Below the pieces are notes generated by a model. It ran no database searches. It was given only the letters and a program-made list of their open reading frames with translations, and was not told the origin of the DNA. 64,000 nt of DNA from Setoptus koraiensis. Taxonomy: Eukaryota > Animalia > Arthropoda. Location: contig CM106585.1 in NCBI GenBank assembly GCA_048013815.1, forward strand, positions 21,390,001 to 21,454,000. Reading direction: 5' to 3'. Positions 55,250-64,000 of the stretch are shown piece after piece (within the stretch, counting starts at the first letter, position 1; each line of letters starts with the position of its first letter). The position numbers and the translations under genes were made by a program.

Positions 55250-57087
55250 TTAGTCTGTATCAAACACTATTTCATCCGGGTCCGGCGCTCTGGGTAAAAA
55301 TTCCTCTCCTGGAAACATTGTTTGAAACAGATTTTTAGCCTGAAATTTATGGAATCGCGAAGAACATATTCATTAGTTAGGAATGTCCATTAGTTGTGAA
55401 AGTTTGATTGTGAGGCTTGATCACTAACCTCATCTATTGCACTGTCGTAGTCAGTATCGGATGTGCCCAAAGAGGTAACATAAAGTCCATTTTTATGTTG
55501 GTCAGGAATGTTGATCACATCATGCTGAGTAAGTTGATTGTAGTAACAACTCCACAAAACACAATCGCCCTTGTCTTTGTATAGCCTTTCAACTATTGGC
55601 ATTAAATCTTTGGTAGCATTGCACTCGTGAGATCGGGTCCATAAATAAACTATACTCAACCCTGTTGGACAAACCATGACAGAAGAATTGACTTCTAACA
55701 AGGAAATAGTGTATCTGTTCGACATTGTGTCAGCTGCGAATCTGGAGAATATTATTGCCTGTTGTTCATCTCGGTCGTTCTCATGAAAGCTCCTCGTGGT
55801 TATAATTATGGCTCGAGATTCCATATCTTTGCTGGCACCTAAAACTTTGGCAGATAAGGCATAAGAATAGTTAAGAACTACCTTGGCGCATCTAACTGTT
55901 CTATCCTCATCTAATTTTACAATTATCCGATCCTCCAGAGAGTCCCCCTTCTCGCTATCAGAGGTTATTTGCACGTTCTCTGCTTGTCTATCGAGACAGT
56001 AAACTCCACCAAATACGGCACACATTCGACAAAAAGACTGAGGAAATTCTCCACAGCCATACATTGGAAACAAAAATGGAGATTTACCAAATCTTTCAAC
56101 TGACGATAGAAATTTCTTGATGTTCAAACACGTCGTGAGTGTGGACGTGTTTGGATCTACCATGCCAATAGAATTTATGAGTATGTGGCGCAAATTACTT
56201 GTCAGATCACGCTCAATGAGACATTTTTCTATATCCATTTGAAGGTAATCATTGAGTTCGGATTGTTCAGGTTGGTCTTGATTAAAATTTATGCACAATT
56301 CGAGGAACTTCATTAGGCGCCGTTTGTCTATAAGATTGGGTAGTATTTGACTAGAGAAGACTTCGTTTCTCTTACAAGGTAACACCTGAAATCGACCCTC
56401 GATTAAGCTGACCAAACGGACTATATTCTTGAATTCGTGGTAACGTGCCACGTTAGATTTCACAAGAAGGTCCACCATCGCCCCATTGCTGTAGATCAGC
56501 CTGGGCGCCAGGTCCAAACAGAATAGCTTTGATTTCTCTCTCAGCCTTTCAACCGTCCATTTGTCCTCTACAGCCGCTGGCTCTTGGACGGTCTCTAGAA
56601 CTGGCTCTTGGACAGGCTCTTGGACAGGCTCTTGGACAGGCTCTTGGACAGGCTCTTGGACGGGCTCTTGGACAGGTTCCTGGGCAGGCTCCTGGGCAGG
56701 CTCCTGGGCAGGCTCCTGGGCAGGCCCCTGGACTAGTTCTTGACCAGCTGTTTGTCCGTCGCCGTGATGGATAACAACATTTACATTGGAGAAAATAGGA
56801 TCCCGTTTGGCCATTCTTTTCATGCAAAACGTCGTTTGTCGTTGATTGTTTGTACCGGTAGAGTCTGTGGCGATATTTGGCTGGTCTGTGGTGTCGTCTT
56901 GCTGCTGATATTGGGTCCATCTGACGAGTTGGTCGAAGCTGAAAGATGCCCATTGGTCTCCGTAATAGTCATTGTGATCCAGATGTAACACGGACTTCCC
57001 CACTCTGGCACAAGCGGCGGCCAGGATAGAATTTATGAGGCCCGTCCCGAAGAAGACACAATCGACCCTCTCAGGTAAGTCAGCCAT
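55250..57087 (-). CDS. CHM: Rab escort protein (Rab GGTase component A; GDI/REP family); exons 57087-55429 and 55339-55250; 582 aa
   Basis: N-terminal DCVFFGTGLINSILAAACARVGKSVLHLDHNDYYG, plus FCLDLAPRL, YHEFKN, SPFLFPMYGCGEFPQSFCRMCAVFGGVYCL. An 89-nt GT-AG intron joins to the REP-type tail AKNLFQTMFPGEEFLPRAPDPDEIVFDTD*. Confidence 0.93.
56578..56731 (-). repeat. In-frame 12-bp coding repeat giving about 13 QEP(A/V) units inside REP
   Basis: QGPAQEPAQEPAQEPAQEPVQEPVQEPVQEPVQEPVQEPVQEPVLETVQEPA. Confidence 0.95.
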
Positions 57088-59256
57088 TTGACCAATAGTG
57101 ATAGTAGATTGTTATCCAAGCGAGTGTAAATAGTGATAATGATGAATAATAATGATAAACAAAAACACGAAGGGAGGTTGTGTTTTTGTTGTTATTATTA
57201 TTTTCTTGCACGGCGCGCACAGATTGACAAGATTTTGTGCCATTTAAGCACATGCGCAGCGCCCTTTAGAGTCGAAAAGATCGAGAAAATTTCGGCTTTC
57301 TCTAACTAACTTTTTGCAATGGTACGACTCTAGTGCTGTTGCATGGTAGGCAATGGCTTTATGTTTGCTTTTGTCACTTTTTCTTTTCTGGTCGATCGAT
57401 ATCTCGCTTGATCGATCCTATCTAGCTTGCGAGTGTTGTGTTGAATTGAGCACGCATTCACTGGATATCAAGACAGCAAGCTAATGAAGCGACTAGTCAC
57501 ACTCTCGTCATGAGTAATCATAAGTATTATGTAAGACGAGAGAGAACCGGATTTTTCTCGTTCTGATGCCATGTCGTATGCGATCGTCGGCGACGTGTAG
57601 TGTCTGTGGCGCCAGCGAAAATGTTTTGCATTTCATTACCTCATTACTTGGCCAATTTGCCCGCGATTCAACGAACACACACATATTCACTGCATTGAAT
57701 TAGGGATTTAATCTGAATATACTGTCGCTCTTGTCGGGCCCAAATTCAATACGATACATACCATGCAGAATTATAGAAAATCTCGTGGTTAATTAATTTC
57801 ATGTCGATCGCCGATGAGACAGTTGCGAACCCGAATTGTATTCACGGGCCAATGGGTCTGCAAACTCGCAACTGCAAATCGACTCAAATAGCGACTTGTC
57901 GGTGGTTGTTGTAACAAACGCTAACAATTTCAACTAAGATGCCAAATTAGCGACAGTCTCGACGACCGAGTCGATGCCTTAACGGCACCAGCGATTCTTT
58001 GTATGGGCGTTGTCAGCGATAACTAATTAATTAATTGTGCAGTTATCACACAAATAAGCGAAATGAAGCTGATTGAAGTTCAAGTATACTCATCTTTATC
58101 TAGTTATCTCAAGCAAGATTCTTGGCAGCAAAGAAACTTTTTTGCTACAAGACTGTCTCGGCGCTTATGATCTGTCATACAAGTCTCGCAGTGTTTATGT
58201 TGATAGTGAAGCGCCACGACCAACAACAACAACAATAACAAAGCCGTCTTTACCTAGCCAGCAGCATGACTAGTTGAGGCACTATCTCTCTATCATCTCG
58301 ACGCTCTCAAATTCGTGCGAGGCCAACACTATGTACGTGTGTATGATTACGTAGTATTATCGTCCTGCCGATTTATCACTTTGAAGATGTCGGATGATCG
58401 TCGTCTAGATAGTATCAGATGTGAAGAGAGTATCAAAGTATCTGTTTGTTTGCTCGAGGAAATACAAACGAATAAATGAATAAGTAAGACAATTCGAGTC
58501 ACGTTGCATTTGTCGCTTTGCAGTGTTGCTATTTTATTAGCTGGCCAGCCTCACAGTTGCTTACAATCGCCTCTAGCAGTTTACAACTAAGTTAGTTAAA
58601 TAAAATTAAGTGATCAAGGCGACATGTCAATATCCAGCAGCTATGCTCATATCTGTTGCTCTAATTAAATCGACTAGAGATCATAATCATCTGATTTGAA
58701 CCAATACAATACAAGGATACTAGTATCGATATATTGGATCTTGCGATATGAGAATATGTCTGTGGTGAATTCTTTTAAGTAGATACGATTTGAAAAAAAG
58801 GGAGCAATTCATTTGGTCTATGGTAAGTTAATAAATAGAGATATTTGGTCTTATTCAGGTCTTCGCACATAGTGTTGTTTGTAAGCGTTAACATTTTGTG
58901 CGTTTCCCAGTGAAAGGCTTTGGCTGTTTGGGCTGTTGAGATGTTTTGTCGTTCTTGTTTTATTTATCACCATTCGCAAATTATCCACAATTTATCCGAG
59001 AGAATTTTCTCAATTTGACGCTGTGATGCGCGCTGATTCAATGATTAGTTAAAACTTAAACTTGATCGGCTTACGTGTCGTGTTGTCTGTATATGTATAT
59101 CGCGCTCGCGTATACCGATACCGTGTTGCTGTTTCCGATATGTTTGTTCGTTGTACATTATCCACAATATCTTTCACAATCGACAATCGACAGATCCGTT
59201 GACGCCGCTTTAGTTGAGTGTCACACAAACTGTAATAGTAACTTTGGTGTATATAA

Positions 59257-60004
59257 TTATCCCCATCGCAATGGCCGGCCCACGTGTCTTATTATGGTGT
59301 GTCTATTGGAGCTTTTGACAAATTCCTCAGAGCTGGGACTAATGATGACGATATTTTGATCCGAGGCGCCGTCCGACAGGCCAGAATTTGTCGACGATTC
59401 GACAACTTTTGGATTGGCCCCATAAAATGGTATGTTGTTCCATTGCAACAATAGGCTGCTCAGTCCTTTCTTCACTTTCTCTGAGGCTCCGTTTCTTATC
59501 AGATCCAGTGATAAGGTTGTAAGGGGAGAAACTTGTTTAGCGGTATTGCTGTTGACTGTGGCTGCAATTGGCGCCTTTTGCTGCTTCTGTTTATCAATGG
59601 TATTTGTGGCTGAATTTATGTCACCGATTTGTGCCACTGTGTCAACACTTAGTTTACCGACTTGTTGATTGGGTAGCTCGGTGCTCACTAAATCGGTGGA
59701 TTGAATAATAATAGTTTGGTCGGCGGGTAGCAGTTTCATCAGGGACAGTTCGTTGTTGTTTGTCGCACCGGATACAGTGGCTGGATTGGCACAAATACAA
59801 TACAAATAATTTGAGCGTTAGTATAAATTCTGCAATTATTTTCACACATTGACCTCATTTGGCTTTAGAATATCTTATTTAACTGTCTATCAACATACCT
59901 TTGTCGATCACCTCTATGGGTTGGCCAGTTGCAAACACTTGGATGAGTATCAATACAGTTATTGGTACTGCAATGCAAAAGACGTTGTTTGCTGTTGAGA
60001 ACAT
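59257..60004 (-). CDS. Secreted precursor (209 aa) ending in ...IIRHVGRPLRWG-stop, a candidate RWamide neuropeptide precursor; exons 60004-59899 and 59780-59257
   Basis: Exon 1 encodes the signal-like MFSTANNVFCIAVPITVLILIQVFATG and ends at the donor G|GTATGT. A 118-nt intron ends CCAATCCAG|, and phases match (1/1). The C-terminal Gly sits directly before TAA. Confidence 0.72.
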
Positions 60005-60910
60005 CTTGTTGTCCTTGTTAGTAGTGATACAAAAATTGAAGTTGCAATAAAGAATTTTATAATGAACTAATGCTATACTACTCTAATTATGTTCTTTGGA
60101 CTTGTTTGGTGTTCGTAATTGTTCATATGAAACAATTCAATGAACTGTACAAATTGATAGTCAATCATCAACCATGATGCTTTAATTAATGTATCGTCTG
60201 TGTGCCAATTATTTGATATAAAAGTCATCAGTAAATAAATAATCAATGAATACAAATTGCAGATGCAATTGATGCGCCGAAGGTCATCAACAGGTGCTTT
60301 TGGTGCAATACAGTTAATAGCGAGTACAGTTTATTATCTACTACTCCTACTACTACTACAATATTGAACTATATTGAATGATTCTAGTGGAAAATTGATT
60401 CTTTATTTGGTCTATCAGACCTAAATAGGCTAGTATGATTGCGTTTGATTTGAATGGAAATTGTGCTAATTCTAATGGAAAGATTTGAATTGGTTTTCTA
60501 ATGTGATTCGTTTCTAATTGATGCGTCTATGGCTTGCTGCACATTATATACTCGCGTTGCTCAACTGATTGAGATGAATCTCTCATTCATATCTAATGTT
60601 AATATCTAATTGTTTACTATTGTTTTAGCTAGACTATGCCAAGACTAGTGCATGTAGCTGTTGTTGGTGGGATATCATGGAATAGAAACAAACAATACAC
60701 TCGAAAACGCATAGCAAAGCAGAGATTTGCGCTATATTTAGGTCTGAATGTGTGTTTAAAAGAACAACAATCAAGATAGACGCCGACGGAATTAGGGCCG
60801 CCTAGACAGGCGACATTAGGTATTAGTTATTATGTTATAGTTATTACTATTACTATTATTGTTTTCGTTACTACATTATTACCAATATCACTATTATTGT
60901 TGCCTACTTC

Positions 60911-60993
60911 ATTGCTATTATTGGTATTATTGCGACTATTATTGCTATTATTGGTGATATTGTGACTATTATTGCTATTATTGGTGATATTGT
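60911..60993. repeat. 30-bp AT-rich tandem repeat x~2.8 (ATTGCTATTATTGGTGATATTGTGACTATT)
   Basis: Directly visible. Confidence 0.85.
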
Positions 60994-62014
60994 TAGTATT
61001 TTGTTTTTGGCATTAGTTGTGTGACATACGAGTGTAATATTGATGAGTATAATGGCAAATTGTGTATCGAATGTCGGAATGAAGGATTTGCCTGATGACA
61101 TTGGTTGGTGAAAACCTGCGAGAATCGCTACATGACCATATTATGCAAGCCCACAAGCTCATCATGGTGCACATGTAAATATACAAATTATAATATTGCA
61201 TTATCTCTTTCATACTAATGGATATATATGGAGCTCTTGTATAAGAAGGTCCACTCATTGTTGCCAGATATTGTGTTTAATACATAATATTTATATTATA
61301 TATATTATGTATTAAATATATATCTAAATATCTAAATATCTGAATGTGTGGCTCGCATACACTTGTTGCACATGCCGCCCTTTGTCACACTGGGTTTGTC
61401 AATTCACTCATTGATAGTGTGAAATTGTACAGAGGTTGGCTGTTGGTTGTTGTTGTTGCTGTTATCTCTCTCTATATCAAATCATTCATCTAATTGGCGC
61501 CTATGTATTGTTGCCTATGTTGCGTTGTTTGTCACCGCTAAGACACAATGGATGTGTAAGGCGTATAAATATCTGCCTGCCAAGATCTGGCTGCAAGATC
61601 TGCAGAGTTGCAAAAAACTGAGCGTCGTCGTTGTTTTGCACAAGCAGGTGACGATGCCACCAATTCCTTGAACTGGCTACCTACAGACTATCTAATGGCT
61701 TATCTGAACGGATAATCCCTGCCGAGCTCGGCCGAGCCGCTAGTTCACCCCAAAACGTGCGATAAATCGTGACTGTCAGTTCAACAGTCGTCGAGCCCGA
61801 CAATAACAACAACAACAACAACAAACTGCATACATCACAAACTGCATACATCACAACTGCAGACGTAATGTTTTTTTCGCACTGTTGCTTATTTTCGCAT
61901 TTTCATATTGTCGCATTCGTCACACTCTCGCCATCGTCTGGCTGCGTACCTGTGGGGCACCGTCTCGGAATTTTGTCGTTTTGGCCTATTTCGGGCACAT
62001 TATGCAGGGATGTT

Positions 62015-62066
62015 ATGGAGGGATATTGTGGGGGGATATTATGGAGGGATATTGTGGGGGGATATT
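62015..62066. repeat. 26-bp G-rich tandem duplication x2
   Basis: ATGGAGGGATATTGTGGGGGGATATT occurs twice. Confidence 0.9.
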
Positions 62067-62906
62067 ATGAGAAAATGGCGCTTATTTCATGCTCATTCGG
62101 CTGAGTGTGAGCAAAACGAGTCGGATTCTCACAGCGAAATTTTCATCTCTCATTTTTGGGCGCACTTTGTCGCCGTGAATGGCAACTTATCGCCACAATT
62201 TTTGTTTTGTTTTACTGGCAGCGTAATGTCGCACAATGTAACACCCAACAAGTTATAAGTTTGTATGTGACATCATACAATCCCAAGACTGATCAATCTA
62301 AGGCCAACATCTGGCAACGCCACCATGAACGCCTGTATGAATATGTCGACTATATTATCATAATTATAATAACGACTTTGGCATGCCCTAGCAACATGTC
62401 ATTGCCAATGTACAGAGAATTTGGGATCTTGTGATCACGCTTGTGATGAAAAAAAGATAGTTAGATCAAATCGATAGCTGCAAATCGATTGGTTGGATAT
62501 TTTTCAATATACTGCAATATACCGGTAGTGACAGACAGAGCCTGAGATAAGCCTTGCCGAGTAGCCGAGTAGCCGAGTTTGTTGCGAGCCAACAGCAAAC
62601 AATGATCGCGCAATAAACTTGGCGAAAAATAAGAATAAAAATAAAATGCTGCCGCAATGCCTGACTGGCGTGCCGCTGACCTATAATTGCACACTGATTT
62701 ATGATAACAATGATTAACGAAATCCGGCCTTGCCACTAATTATACATTATATCGGTGCGATTAATTTGAATTTCCTCTTTGTTTGCTGCCCGATCGAGCA
62801 GGTGACCTCAATGTTGAGTCTGAAGAATCTGGCGACAATTTTCACTGCTGACGGTCGCCGCTCGCGGCCAGACCCGATGCTTCGCAGACATTGTGTGGGT
62901 CGCTCG

Positions 62907-62979
62907 GGCACTCGTTCGGGTCGCGCCGGCACTCGTTCGGGTCGCGCCGGCACTCGTTCGGGTCGGGCCGGCACTCGTT
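62907..62979. repeat. 21-bp tandem repeat (GGCACTCGTTCGGGTCGCGCC) x~3.5
   Basis: Directly visible. Confidence 0.95.
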
Positions 62980-63810
62980 GGGCTCGCGACCGGGCAGCGC
63001 GACCAGGCAAAGCCAAACCGGCACACAGAGCCTCTGTGGCAGAGGCGAATGGGCAGCGAAAAAGTGAATGATTCCTCGGGTGGATTCTTTTTGCGGCGCA
63101 TGCGCACTGCACACCGAAAGAAGCCACACTGGTGGCTGTTGTATTGGCAATGTATTGTTGGCGCTGTTGTTGTTGCCGCCGTTGTGCCAAAGTGCCAATG
63201 TGTTGGCCCGAAAGAAGCGTCTGTCGGCGCACATCGGCTGCCAGCGGCGTCGAACACGGCGAATTGGCTGGCGGAATTGGTGCGCGAATCGGGCCGGCAA
63301 ACGCCAGCGCAACGAGAGCGCCAGGCATAGAAAAAAGCGCAGAAAATATTGACGCGTGGCCACATTAAATGTTGCTGCTTGAGGGCAGCTTGTGCCGCTG
63401 TTTTGGGCACGAGGGCGCTCACCTGGCGTTCGCCAGCTGACATCTGGCCCGATGTTTGCGGGCGTCGCCGAAGCGTTGGAACGCGCTGGTTCGCGTTGAT
63501 GGCGTGATGCCAGCCCGCGAACGCCAGTTTGTGTGGTCATCATTCACGTTTCGAACACTGACCATTGAACAGTCGCCAGTCGGCAGTCAGCAATCGAAGC
63601 ATCAGCAAGCGACACCGCAACCAGCAAAACTGGCAAACTGCATCCAGCAAAAGCGAGTTTGACCACTCTCAGTTAGTTTCGACAAGCCTCCGAAAAGTCG
63701 ACAAGTTGCGTCAACACACCCGCTCAACATAGCCGCACATCGGTGAATCCCGAACGCTCGAAGCGAGCCCCAAACAACAACGAAATCAACAGAGTCTCGC
63801 CAGTTCAACA

Positions 63811-64000
63811 ATGACGGATATTTTGCCCACTAAGACCAATGTTGTGAGGCGCCAATCGGCGGCCTCGTGGATGCTCAAGCAGAACAAGTCGTATCAGAAG
63901 ATCAACAGGGAGTGGAGCGTGCACCACAGCGAGCTCAACTTCAACAGGGAGCTCCGTCGCGGACACCAGTACAGCATCCACGAGGGCCAATGGCACGGCG
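63811..64000 (+). CDS. 5' end of a Raf/KSR-like (TKL) kinase-domain protein; runs off the window and is absent from the ORF track
   Basis: MTDILPTK...REWSVHHSELNFNRELRRGHQYSIHEGQWHG matches kinase subdomain I of KSR/Raf ([30 protein letters not shown]). Third codon positions are strongly G/C-biased, and there is an in-frame upstream stop at 63730. Confidence 0.72.
   Translation, partial: MTDILPTKTNVVRRQSAASWMLKQNKSYQKINREWSVHHSELNFNRELRRGHQYSIHEGQWHG

Noticed and set aside
54201-55250. Short ORFs between HACD and REP
   Set aside because: No recognisable domains and no in-frame junction to HACD.
58724-58731. TATCGATA (DRE-like octamer)
   Set aside because: A single site, not adjacent to an identified start, and expected by chance.
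62007-62066. G-quadruplex candidate
   Set aside because: Loops are 7-10 nt and the G-runs arise from a simple 26-bp duplication; there is no functional evidence.
1-64000. tRNA, rRNA, transposase/reverse transcriptase or horizontally acquired bacterial genes
   Set aside because: None was recognised on either strand by eye. A tRNAscan-SE, Infernal or RepeatModeler run would be needed to exclude them.

Overview
Animal (metazoan) genomic DNA with two compartments. (1) From about 0.7 to 40 kb: gene-poor and visibly GC/CpG-rich, saturated with the GGGCCC palindrome, (TG)n/(CAA)n microsatellites and many 9-33 bp tandem micro-arrays. The only credible coding exon there is a low-complexity Q/S-rich ORF at 24.4-25.5 kb (-), and most ORF-track entries in this part look spurious. 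(2) From about 40.8 to 64 kb: an AT-richer, densely packed block of divergent and mostly intronless genes. In order: a small basic ORF, GSKIP, condensin subunit NCAPG, an IRE1 kinase-RNase, alpha-tubulin acetyltransferase ATAT1, a TANGO1/cTAGE5-like coiled coil, HACD3-like dehydratase (3 exons), Rab escort protein (2 exons), a two-exon secreted precursor ending in GRPLRWG-stop, and the 5' end of a Raf/KSR-like kinase at the right edge. Large intronless genes, short introns and high divergence fit a streamlined arthropod genome such as an eriophyoid mite; this is inference, not established. The top finding is an IRE1 whose canonical lumenal sensor is absent and replaced in the same intronless ORF by a calnexin lectin fragment. 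Next are a candidate RWamide (sNPF/NPF-like) neuropeptide precursor, a TANGO1-like ORF with no visible membrane anchor, a truncated Raf/KSR-like kinase with a degenerate G-loop, strong compartment-specific GGGCCC enrichment, and a perfect 22-bp-stem hairpin. All family assignments are by-eye motif recognition; no database searches were run.
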